Source: Ostrea edulis (lineage: Eukaryota). Taken from it: a stretch of DNA of 64,000 bases. A program made the translations under genes and the position numbers. The DNA is taken from NCBI RefSeq assembly GCF_947568905.1, contig NC_079169.1, forward strand, positions 7,130,001-7,194,000. Direction: 5' to 3'. Below the pieces are notes generated by a model. The model had not been told where the DNA came from, made no database searches, and worked only from the letters and a program-made list of their open reading frames with translations. Of the stretch, positions 1-13,000 are shown piece after piece. The first letter of the stretch is position 1, and each line of letters opens with the position of its first letter.

Positions 1-750
1 CGTATTATTGTGTATAATGTATATATGAATACATCAATTGTTTGTTTTTGCGGCCAAACTCGTTGATTACAAGATCTTGATGTGTTTGATTTTAGTTCGA
101 ATATTTCATAAACAATTATGCGGTCGGTCACTATTGATATGGACATAGCAATTTTAATAAATAATTTTCTTTGAAGTTCGGTGCGCAACAGTATAAAAAT
201 GCTAATCTCCTAAGACTATGCACCCCATTCTATTTTGACACTAAACTTGTAGCTTCTGACCCTAGTCAGTCTAAAATTAAAAAATAACTATGTTTGGCTT
301 TACAGTCAACCCCACCTGCTCAAACATCTGATTCTGTCCAAATTGCAAAATCTTCCATGCAAAAACGGAAATTTAATAGGGAATGGTTGAGATACGACTT
401 TAAATTGGGTTTGATGTTTTGTGACATCTGCATTTCGGGCAATGTACACAATGTTTTCACTGAGGGGTGTAGCATCATGAAGTTTATATTTTTATGATTT
501 ATTATCCGAATTTTGATTTCCATAATAGAATTTATCAAACAAATCAACTTCTTATTATTTCAGAAAGAAGTGTTTAGGTATGGTAGCTGGATATGATTAA
601 GTAATGTAACTGATTCAAAATGCTAAAATAAGTGTAATGAATAAAATAATATATAATATGATGGAAATAATTGTAAAGCATGTGATTATTTGTGCCGCGC
701 CGCTCCCCGAAAAAGTGGCGAAAGGGAATTCTGGTCCAGTGGGAGCACTG
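1..750 (+). mobile_element. Probable end of a hAT-like DNA transposon remnant carrying a decayed zinc-finger/transposase N-terminal fragment
   Basis: ORF 294-497 contains KRKFNREWLRYD...MFCDIC...NVFTEGC, resembling N-terminal TTF-type zinc fingers of hAT/ZNF862-like proteins (recognised from memory, not searched). The region ends in ...ggtccagtgggagcactg (750), i.e. a CAGTG-type terminus. The other end is outside the window. Confidence 0.4.
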
Positions 751-866
751 TCAGTGTTATGACCTGATTTTGATTTGGGTCAGTGTTATGACCTGATTCT
801 GATTTGGGTCAGTGCTATGACTTGATTCTGATTTGGGTCAGTGTTATGACTTGATTCTGATTTGGG
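751..866. repeat. 29-bp minisatellite x4 (tcagtgttatgacttgattctgatttggg)
   Basis: Four tandem copies are directly visible. Confidence 0.95.
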
Positions 867-882
867 TGTGTGCTACACTTAC

Positions 883-1011
883 CCAGACAGGCTTGATTCT
901 GATTTGGGTCTTCTCGATATCCCAGGTTACATGCACATCTGTAGGATCCCAGGACATTGGAACAGGACTGACGGGGGGAACACTGTGTACCATTAGCACA
1001 TTCATCCACAT
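883..1011 (-). CDS. Exon: calcium-binding EGF domain ([11 protein letters not shown]...[16 protein letters not shown])
   Basis: Acceptor gacag|AT at 1011, donor G|GTAAGT at 883, 129 nt, phase 1-1. Has the D-V-D-E-C and C-x-N-x-x-G-S-Y-x-C-x-C consensus. Confidence 0.92.
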
Positions 1012-4000
1012 CTGTCAATCAGGAAATATTTCATTACACTGTAAGAATTTGGGCGAACATTCTATTTGTTGATAGAAGAGGGAAAATTTTAGTTAAGTAT
1101 GCAGAAATGAATTCCATTGGTCGATGTTTCTGTCATTCAGAAATACATATTTGTTGTGCACAGGAACATGAAATGTTAGTGCATTCAATTCTATCCATTT
1201 TCAAACTGTTGCTAATACATGTAATGCTAAAATTAGATTCTTGCTAAAAATTCCAGTTATACAATATCAGTATTTGCCTGGCTTTAAATGACTGAATAAT
1301 TTAACACAATGCACAGCTACCAATGATCAGCTTTGTCTGTGTTTTACCTACCGACACATTTCTTTTCATTGCCGTACTCGTAACCATCAGGGCAGGAGCT
1401 ACACTTGTACGCTATCCCAGTGTTATTGTGTTCTGTGGGCGAGTTATCTGTGCATATGTAAGGTGGCTGACAGGGATTGTCATGACAACCATCTACATCC
1501 ACTGAGCAAGTAGAACCTAAAATCACGAGTTATTTACTCATTATGCAATACAGTTACAGTCTGTGAATCTAAATCACAAGATTAGTTATTCACTACACAT
1601 ACCAGCAGGAGTCCGATTCTAAAACACACTGTACATCACACACAGTTCTACATATTTACATTTCCAATATTTTTGCCTTCGATATTGTTACAAATTGTAA
1701 TGATAGCCATTTCCTTATGAATGTGATGCAGTTGTAAACAATGTGCTTATGGATCATGATGAATAGAGAATATATATTTTCACGGCTGGAAAGTCCAACA
1801 GAAATGAAATTAGAATGTATTAAAGTATAAGAAATGAATTTCATTTTTAAAAATATATGAGGTACTGCAATGCCTTACACCTGCACACTTTTCCTGAAGG
1901 ACGTGCCAGTGCATTTCCTGAAGTATGCTGGTGTACAGTATCACAGTTCATATAATCCTCATGTATTTTCAAAAATGAAATTTTACACTAAAGCTATTTG
2001 GGTTATGACTCAACAAATGGATTACTATATGATTGTGTATAAAACATACTACATTAATGACTCCTACCTTCCCATCCAATTTCACACAGACAGGGAGCGG
2101 TGAACTGGTTGGCCAATCCTGTCCGTTTGGGATGATCAAAATCACAGACTCCATGGTCTGAACACCCCGAGCATTTCACGATGGTTACTGTCAGTGTGTT
2201 AGACGCTGATCCCTGAACGTCCACAGCCCAGAAACTACAGCAAAAACAATACAACATTAGATATATTGTACACAAACAACAGTACATATTGTACAAACAA
2301 TACATCGTTAGATATATTGTACACAAACAACAGTACATATTGTACAAACAATACAACATTAGATATATTGTACACAAACAACTGTACATACTGTAATACA
2401 TCATAAGATATATTGTATACAAACAACAGTACATATTGTACAAACAATACAATATTAGATATATTGTACACAAACAACTGTACATACTGTAATACATCAT
2501 TAGATATATTGTACACAAACAACAGTACATATTGTACAAACAATACAACATTAGATATATTGTACACAAACAACAGTACATATTGTACAAACAATACAAT
2601 ATTAGATATATTGTACACAAACAACTGTACATACTGTAATACATCATAAGATATATTGTATACAAACAACAGTACATATTGTACAAACAATACAATATTA
2701 GATATATTGTACACAAACAACTGTACATACTGTAATACATCATTAGATATATTGTACACAAACAACAGTACATATTGTACAAACAATACAACATTAGATA
2801 TATTGTACACAAACAACAGTACATATTGTACAAACAATACAATATTAGATATATTGTACACAAACAACTGTACATACTGTAATACATCATTAGATATATT
2901 GTACACAAACAACAGTACATATTGTACAAACAACACAATATTAGATATATTGTACACAAACAACTGTACATACTGTAATACATCATTAGATATATTGTAC
3001 ACAAACAACAGTACATATTGTACAAACAATACAATATTAGATATATTGTACACAAACAACAGTACATATTGTACAAACAATACATCATTAGATATATTGT
3101 ACACAAACAACAGTACATATTGTACAAACAATACAACATTAGATATATTGTACACAAACAACTGTTCATATTGTACAAACAATACAACATTAGATGTACA
3201 CAAACAACTATATTAAGAAGAAAACTATGTCATTCTACAATGGATTAAATGCAACTGACCGATAAGCAGGATTTTTTTGTTTAACCTTAATAGCTAGAAG
3301 AGCAGCCACATTATCAAAAACCTTTAAGGGAAAAAAGTCAACTTTGAATTTTTTTTTTTAATTTTAAGAAAAATTCAATTTAGCCAAATTCTAAACGAGG
3401 ACAAGATTGAGGAAGAAGAGAACTTGTGTGGACATTTTGAAGCTGGATGCCATTGTTGAGAGTGTAGGAGAGCTAACCTCACATATAATAGACTTTGCTG
3501 GCTGGAGGATCTGACACTAGGGGGCCTCACTGAGGCATTCTGGTTAGTTAAACTCCAAAGCATGTAGGATTTTTTAACAAAAAAAGTTGACTTATAAAAA
3601 TGCTTGAACACCAAGTGATGGCATTGAAGCTCACATGATCTTTCAATATTGTGAATGCTCTGAGCTAATGTAAGTCTGAAACATCTGTAATATTTACTAG
3701 TCTGATGTGTACCTGATTTGCTGGTCTGCTGTAGTAGGGAGGTATATGTAGGATATGTTGGTGGTCCTGGTCCCTGTGGAGTTGCTATCTGGACTGACCA
3801 CAGTGACCATGTCTCCATCAGAATCAACAGCCACAGCTGTCAATGTTGTGTTCTGTCCCACGGTGGCATTGACTCGCAGCTGACTGACAATGCTGGGAGG
3901 AGTGTTAGCTACAAGAGAGAACATGCAGACCTACACTTTCATGCATGTACACAGAAATACTACAAAATACAACCTGTTGTACTGATCATACCCTAAGTCC

Positions 4001-7000
4001 TGATCTAATGTCACTGCAGGTCACCTCTAGACTTATCCTAAGTATATATACTGATATCTGATCTATTGTCACTGTAGGTCACCTCTAGACTTATCCTAAG
4101 TTTATTTACTGATATCTGATCTATTGTCACTGCAGGTCACCTCTAGACTTATCCTAAGTTTATATACTGATATCTGATCTAATGTCACTGTAGGTCACCT
4201 CTAGACTTATCCTAAGTTTATATACTGATATCTTAGATCGGCGACGTATACTTTGCGTAAGAAGATCTGACATAACCCGACTAGAGGTCATGTTCATGTG
4301 AACTTTATGTTAGCTAATCAGTGCGTCACTCATGAAATCGTCGGTGTTCACAATTCAAGGAAAATGGCTGCAATTGTTTAGTTGAAAGAAAACACATCGC
4401 AGCTAGATTTGACGTCACAATGCATTGTTTGCGTCAACTGGCATTATATTCCTCACTTTAATTAAGTAAACCATTTTGAAAACTATTCAAATTGTAACCA
4501 TCCCTATTCATACATAAATCACAATTCCCAATTGATTTAATTTGGGTGTATTTCATATTGTACGTTTTGTTGTTTGTATGAACAGGATAGATTAGGCATT
4601 ATTGTGAAAGTTTAAAAATCCTTCTTTGAGAATATACAATTTTGTAGTGTGGAATAAACTTCGTGGGAGAGAAATTACTGTAACTTATTTATGAATTGCC
4701 GGGAACCGCCTAAATAGTCATCATTATCTGTATGGTGCAATCTGCAGGAGCCAGTGTCACAGGAAATCCTATACAGAAATCGTTAAGACACAGAGAGCTC
4801 TAGCCTAGGTCTGGTGACTTTAGTAAATTAAGTGTTTAGTGTGGCAGTGACAGGAAATCCTATACAGAAATAGCTATACCTGCTTCCTCCTGCCTCAGTA
4901 TGGAGACCTCGGTGATGTGTTTGGTGTTCTCAGCTACAGCCATATTTTGGGTGGCAATATAGTCAAAGAGACAGTTCTTATCTCCTTTACATGTTTCATT
5001 TGCGACCTTGACCTCTGCTGAGGTAAAGTCTTCCAAAAACAGTGGACTAACGCTGGTGTTCTGGTACATTTCACAGCTTTCTCCTGCTCGATGGTAAAAT
5101 AAGGAATCTGCACAGTTTACTCGCCCTGTAGAAATAAACAATTATATGTATATTCATAAAATGATTGTAAAATGTCTTACAGTGAGCAATAGCATGACAT
5201 GTGTAGCATCAAGGTATAATCTGTGGCTTCTGAATGGAGGGGTTAGTAACTACATTCATGACAATGTCAAGTAATGGACAGGAATAACATTTAGATACAC
5301 ATCTGCATGTTTGAACACATAATTATATTTAAACAGGACCATCACAGCATGGGCCCCCTTTAATTGACCATCACAGCACAGGCCCCCTTTAATTGAGAAA
5401 ATCATCATTGTTTTTGACAAATTGGGATAATTGAGTGTATATCGTCTTTTTCATCCAAATGAAATTCAAAACATATGAATAACAAGACAACCATTTTGAC
5501 TTGACTGTATTTATCATGTTTAATGATTTTTTCCTTGCCAGTTTACACTGTACAATAAATTTTCAATAAGTAAATGCATTTGGGATATTTTGCTCTGAAA
5601 ATTGGGAAAAAGGGTCACTTTATGTCATTGGGAATAAGTCTGATGTTCCATCCAACTTTGAGGGGAATGATGGCCCTGTTTAAAAATTTGAAGCTTAAAG
5701 CCTTTGTCACGGATCATGTGATCAGTGACAATGTGGTGGAGATACATTGTCTACTAATATTTACTATGATACCACTTTGTGATCACATACTGCCATTGGT
5801 GGTATATTGGTGGTATATATGTGGTTACCAAGGACTTGATACAGTCTATTGAAAGATCAGTCATTCAAGGGTAATTATCATGCCATGATGGGATGAAGTT
5901 ACTGGATGGGCAATTTATTTCGTTGCCAAAATTATGTGACAACTTTGTCATGTTTTAAAGTTTGTATTTAGAAACACTCAGAACATTTGAATTCAAAATT
6001 TACAACAAACATCTAAATGATTTAACGTACACACTCTGATATTCCATAATAATTGACAAGACTATAGAACAATAAATTTCCATCTGATAACAGAAATACC
6101 AATCTGATTATTACATTAATTCTATTCATAAGGTAAAACTTACAAGATTCTCCAAAAGTGTGAAATATTTCTTTTTCACTGGAGTTGTCTGGCATAATTG
6201 AACCATTTCTCAAGGTTAGATCATCTGTCAGGTCTCCATTAATATTTCCCAGAAGTCCCCTGTTTTGTGTGACATTGGACAGAGACTTTGGAATGAAGAC
6301 ACTCAAATCCAGCATCTGAAGGCTAAATGATATTTGCAAAGCGATTTCTGAAAATAAAGATTTTAAATTTAGGAATAGCAATATTTTGATTTGATAAATA
6401 GGAAAAAATTTTTGTTGATAGTTTGATCCAGATAGAGTGGAAGCTAAGATGCAGATCTTGGAAAATTAATATGCATGAATTAATTAATCAACAGACATGC
6501 CCATTGGAAGCAATTCAAAGTTGGGGGTATATACTCATGGGCATGTGAAATGAACTTTAATTAAATTTCTCAGTGAATTTCAAATAAATTAATTCCTACG
6601 AGCCTGGTGGCAGCATAAGAAAATCAAAGTACATATGTCCAACCTGAAGAGAACAAAACTCCCACAGAATGATTGTTTCTTGATCTGGAGAGCCGCAGCT
6701 GATTGGTTGAAGAACATACGAAATTGGCATCAGCATAAAACTCGTTGGTGACATCCAATCCATTACAGAATACAATCATCCCTGTCGATACAATTATCTT
6801 TATCAAAACAATTATCTCTATCAGTACAATCATTATTATCCTGGTATCGCTTCCATCAATAAAATTACCCGAATGTCTATGAATTATCCTTGTCAATAAA
6901 ACTATCATTGTCAATACAATTATTTGTCAGTGAATTATCCTTGTCAATACAATTACCATTGTCAATACCATTATTTCTGTCAGTGAATTATCCTTGTCAA

Positions 7001-10000
7001 TACAATTACCATTGTCAATTCCATTATTTCTGCCAGTGAAATTATCCTTGTCAATAAAATTATCATTGTCAATACCATTATTTCTGTCAGTGAATTATCC
7101 TTGTCAATAAAATTATCCTTGTCAATACCATTATTTCTGTCAGTGAAATTATCCTTGTCAATGAATTATCCTTGTCAATAAAACTATCATTGTCAATACC
7201 ATTATTTCTGTCAGTGAAATTATCCTTGTCAATGAATTATCCTTGTCAATAAAACTATCATTGTCAATACCATTATTTCTGTCAAAAAAAACCAAACATA
7301 TAACATCTGCAAAGGGCATATAATTTAATCTGTGTCCACCATAAAAAAACATACCGTCTTTCTGAAGGTTGACCTCTACTTGCATGGAGGCATTATTTTC
7401 TGCTTTAGCAGCAAATGCACTAAATATGGAGGCGCGAATTTCACTTCCGGTTTCATTCTGTGCTAGCAATGTACGTGACTGCAACTCGAAAACTGTCAAT
7501 CCGCTGGAAACGTTTCTGATGTCTAACATTGTGAATTCTCCGAGTCCGTTGTATGTGTACTCCAGGCCGTCTATTGTTTTGATATGGGGGTCCCCATAGC
7601 TTACTCCTGTGGTGGAGAGAAATTAAGTGTAAGTGTGTAGGAATGTCTTTTTTCAAATGTCATTAAAAATTTCTGTGATTTAATAATTATTGCATTAAAT
7701 GAAACTAAATGATCTGGAATACTGCTGGTCTTTAATCACATCTTTGCCATTTTTAATTTCTTTAACTACAGTAAAATATCTGTATCTCGAATATGGTTTA
7801 TCTCGAATACCCCGCTTGAGTCGAAGTCGACCGTCGGTCCCGGCCGTTTTCCCTATATAAATGATTAAAAAAACTTCTGATATTTCGAACACGGTAATCT
7901 CGAATACTCCGCTTATGTCGAAGTATTTTCAAGGTCCCATACCCTAAATTCACCTGGTTTATCTCGAAGTGCAGTCAATTTTCCGCTCTGCTTACCATAC
8001 CTGGCGTCGTTAAGGCACACATTCACACCCGCGGTTACATCAATTATAATTAATGACCGCTAATCGACACTCGCCTTTTCCGAGTAGACCCAGGTCACAA
8101 TAAATGGCTCAACAGCTTGGGTGATTAGTATAGCCTTTCAACATTACGGATAAAGTTCACCGCCAATTATGAACTAACACACCCGATTCCAGGGATGGTG
8201 GTTTGAATGACACACGCTATATCATTAACATGTGGGTTAGATAAACGCACAAAATCATTGAAGTATGCTTGAAGGTAATGCTCTCAATAACGATAATGCA
8301 TTTAATAATACACGCTTCATCATTAAAACTAGTACAGAGAAAACACGAAAACAAATTTAATAAATATTTAAAAGTTTGGTTTTTTCTTTTTGAATCCGTC
8401 TTTTTTGTTTCTTACGTGATAGGTTCTTTCATTACAACGCAATAACTACATCCCAGTCGAGCCTGGACATCAGTAAACTTAAAGTAAGCATACAGGCACG
8501 ATCATCTTAATTTTGAAACACATTGTGAATTCAATTGGATGTTAATATAGATTTAAACAAAACTATAAGAAACGGAAACGGAGTTTTTGTTTATAATGCA
8601 AATCCCATACTATGCATCAAATATCCTCCTTCAAAAAAAATATCCAAGATCGATTTTGGATATCTCGAACCCCCGGATATCTCAAATTTTTTTCGAGGTC
8701 CTTTGGACTTCGAGATAGAGATATTTTACTGTATTTCTATCACAGCAAGTAGATGTATACAGTTTAAGTGGCTATAATTTTAGCGAGACACGAATTTAGC
8801 CATTTTTCAATGAATCATGGGTGTATATATATATAATAATGAGAGCCAATTTTTAGCGACTTTATAATATGATTTCAAGGAAGATAGCTATTTAACCTCT
8901 GATATGAAATACATGTAAATTGTTAGCGATGTCCAATTTTAGCAACCTCATCACTCCCGCAAATAATGACAAATTTGAATCCTTGCTAAAAATTCTGCTT
9001 ATACTGTATTTCAATATTATTCATGCAACCTACTGCATCAACCAATGATGACTGTCTAAAGAACTTTCTAGTGTAAATGTAGAACTTGGCTATTTAAACC
9101 TTGATATATTGAAATTCAGGGGATCAACCCAAATTGTTCATTATATTTGAATTTCAATATAACCGCGATGTTGAATTATATAAATGTTCCTAGAAATTTA
9201 TTTTTACTTCAATATAAAAGAAAGCTCAATATCCGCAATTTCTATATAAGTGGATTAGATTGTAATTTAGAAATCTGATGAAATTATGATGAACAATATA
9301 AAATGTTGAGTTCTCATCACTCATAGAATCATTTGTCTGTGGTAAATGTATACATAAATGTTGAGTTCTCATCACTCACAGAATCATTTGTCTGTGGTAA
9401 ATGTATATATAAATGTTGAGTTCTCATCACTCACAGAATCATTTGTCTGTGGTAAATGTATACATAAATGTTGAGTTCTCATCACTCACAGAATCATTTG
9501 TCTGTGGTAAATGTATATATATAAATGTTAAGTTCTCATCACTCACAGAATCATTTGTCTGTGGTAAATGTATAAATATAAATGTTTGAGTTCTCATCAC
9601 TCACAGAATCATTTGTCTGTGGTAAATGTATACATAAATGTTGAGTTCTCATCACTAACAGAATCATTTGTCTGTGGTAAATGTATATATAAATGTTGAG
9701 TTCTCATCACTAACAGAATCATTTGTCTGTATATATAAATGTTGAGTTCTCATCACTCACAGAATCATTTGTCTGTGGTAAATGTATATATATACATGTT
9801 GAGTTCTCATCACTCACAGAATCATTTGTCTGTGGTAAATGTATATATATAAATGTTGAGTTCTCATCACTCACAGAATCATTTGTCTGTGGTAAATGTA
9901 TATATATACATGTTGAGTTTTCATCACTCACAGAATCATTTGTCTGTGGTAAATGTATACATAAATGTTGAGTTCTCATCACTCACAGAATCATTTGTCT

Positions 10001-13000
10001 GTGGTAAATGTATATATAAATGTTGAGTTCTCATCACTAACAGAATCATTTGTCTGTATATATAAATGTTGAGTTCTCATCACTCACAGAATCATTTGTC
10101 TGTGTATATAAATGTTGAGTTCTCATCACTCACAGAATCATTTGTCTGTATATATAAATGTTGGTAGCCATACTAAGCCTCTGCTGATGATTAGACTTGA
10201 GACTTCTGACGTAATTGTCTAGAGTGCTCTACTGATCAAGCTAAAGGATTGATCCATTAGCCAGAAATCTAGTGGGAGGTCTTGTATCTAAGACAGCCAC
10301 ACATGACTAACTAAATCTGTGTGGCCAGATGGATCACATCAGAAAGAGGTTTATGTAGGTCAGTGTGTTGGTACATGTATATCAGGGTATAAAATATTCT
10401 CAACTTCTAATTTGTTCATACCACTTTCCGGTGGTTTATACGTCAGGCAGTTGTCCGAGTTCCTCTGATTGAAGAATACATCACAGAGTCCTGCATTCAC
10501 ACAACACCAAGTGTATGGCACAGTGTCAGCACTATACGAAAGGGCCGGATCAACGAGGGGATTATACAGGTACACGTAGCCCGAGCCTGCCACGTCCACC
10601 AACAATGGCCCATCAGGAGAGACAGTGTTGTAGCAACATTTCTGAAAGTAACATATATAATATTCATAATCTATAATCACCATTCCATAAAAAAGAAAGA
10701 ACAAATGAGCAAAGGGAGAAAGCATATCTCCACAAAGACTGAGCATAATCACAATTTAATAATTTATAAAAAGAAAGAAAAAAATTAGCAATATGGGAGA
10801 AAGCATATTTCCACAAAGACTGAGCAAAAAAAATGTTTCAATCTAGATCTATTTATGGTTGGGATTTTATTGCCTCGAGAATAAAACATCTGTAGATTCA
10901 TTCAACATTATTTCGGTGTAATCATGCAAACAAATTAAACATACACCATAACATATAAATCCTGCTAGCATTGACATACGTACAATGCCAGTAAACAAAC
11001 ACAAGTCATGTAGGCCTCCTCAGGGCTGTAAACATTTATCTGCGTAGTTTTTACAGAATATGAAAAAATGAATATACCGAGTGTATTGATAGAATAATAA
11101 CTCTTTGCATTCAATTTTTCATGCCCCCTCCCCCCATTCTACAAACAACCTATAAACATTTATTCCTTATAGCAGTATTCATAATTTTTTTAAATAAAAC
11201 TTGTTTTTCATATACAATTAGAGGCTTGTATTGTTGAGTTCAAAAGTCATTTTTGTGACACGATTCTGTTACCCAGAAATAAAAAGAATGACACAGCAAA
11301 GGTTTGGTACTGCTGACACTGATGAACACCGGTATACTGAATCCTTTCTTGGTTGACTTGGGAGAGATGATTAAGCATTACAATCCGACATCAGTGAACT
11401 GCATCATCATGATTCATCTAACATGGAGATTTATTAGAAGTATTACATCTTACCCTTGTGAAGGAGTAACCATTTGGGGAGTGAACTTTGAAATAACAGC
11501 CTGGTTCATCGGGGCTGGTCGTGAACCGTGGGTCAGCCTCAATCTGGTGGATGTTGCATGGACAAGGGGCCAGGAGAATGTGCGCCAGGGCCACCGACTC
11601 CTGCTGATCCCGGGCTGTCGTGACTCTCCAGGTGTGACACCGCTCTACGTAGTTTACAGCAGAACTGGGACAGGTGTCTAGCTTGTAAACCCACATTCCT
11701 TTTAAATTGTTAGCTGCAAATGTTTACAAAATGCCAATCACCAACAATAGTTAGCTGTAAATGTTTACAAAATCCCATTGGCCAATTACCAACAATTGTT
11801 AGAAGTAAATGTTTACAAAATGTCAATTACCAACAATTGTTAGCTGTAAATGTTTACAAAATGCCAATCACCAACAATTGTTAGCTGTAAATGTTTACAA
11901 AATGTCAATTACCACAATTGTTAGCTGTAAATGTTTACAAAATGCAAATACAAACAATTGTTAGCTGTAAATATTTACAAAATGCCAATTATCAACAATT
12001 GTTAGCTGTAAATGTTTACAAAATGCCAATTATCAACAACTGACATTATAGAAATTCCATCAAAGTTGGGGAAAGAATTATTTATGTCGATATCTGTTGC
12101 AATGTAGGGATTATTATCATTTTCTCCCCCATCAAATAGCATGACTGAATTTTCCTGCTTTGCATTAAGATACACGGTGGTACTACTTTAGTCATTATCA
12201 TTATTACATACATAAAGTACTTATTCAACTCTCGATATTGTAAAATCAATTAAGTCAAACCAGTGTTTTGATATGCTATACTGTAAATCATATTTTAACA
12301 CACTTTGTATGTACTTATGTGTAACTGTACTAATCATGTGTGTTAAAATTATTTGTAATATTAAATCTTAAGAAGTCAGTCATTTATCAGTGAATGATTC
12401 AGTTAAATCTTAAGTCAGTCATTTATCAGTGAATGATTCAGTTAAATCTTAAGAAGTCAGTCATTTATCAGTGAACGATTCAGTTAAATCTTAAGTCAGT
12501 CATTTACCAGTGAATGATTCAGTTAAATCTTAAGAAGTCAGTCATTTACCAGTGAATGATTCAGTTAAATCTTAAGAAGTCAGTCATTTACCAGTGAACG
12601 ATTCAGTTTAATTTTATGAAGTACAGTAAAATTTGTAGATTTTCAAAATTACAACTTTGTTGATATTTATATGTGAGTTTGAAGAAAAATTCCTAGAAGA
12701 TTTTCCGTTATCAGCAAAATTTTTACTTCATCTCTTGATTTCGTGGTCTGGTACAATCACGAAAATTGTTGTTTGACAAAAAATAAGGAAACCAAAGACA
12801 TTGACGGAAGTTGGAAGTAGTACAGTACCATTGTCTCCATTGTTGATGACCTCGTTGTAGATGGATGTTGTGAGGGATGCTGGGTGGTTGAAGAGGCTGG
12901 CAGAGGAATTGCCACATTTGTACCCCAGCATGGCAGCCTCTGGTGGAAGAAAGTTCATGGTCTTAAATAGAAAGGTTGTGTACGTTGTCACCCCATCACT

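Noticed and set aside
2054-3248. 378-aa and 322-aa Tyr/Cys/Leu-rich ORFs
   Set aside because: Produced by 51/45-bp minisatellite units that lack stops. Only 2068-2234 is a credible exon.
3375-3700. Possible additional exon in the GC-richer stretch about 3400-3560
   Set aside because: Exons 3713-3908 and 2068-2234 already join in phase 2 with sensible protein, and the ORF here has no domain-like features.
10712-10826. Local duplication of gggagaaagcatat(c/t)tccacaaagactgagca
   Set aside because: A simple two-copy intronic duplication with no further structure.
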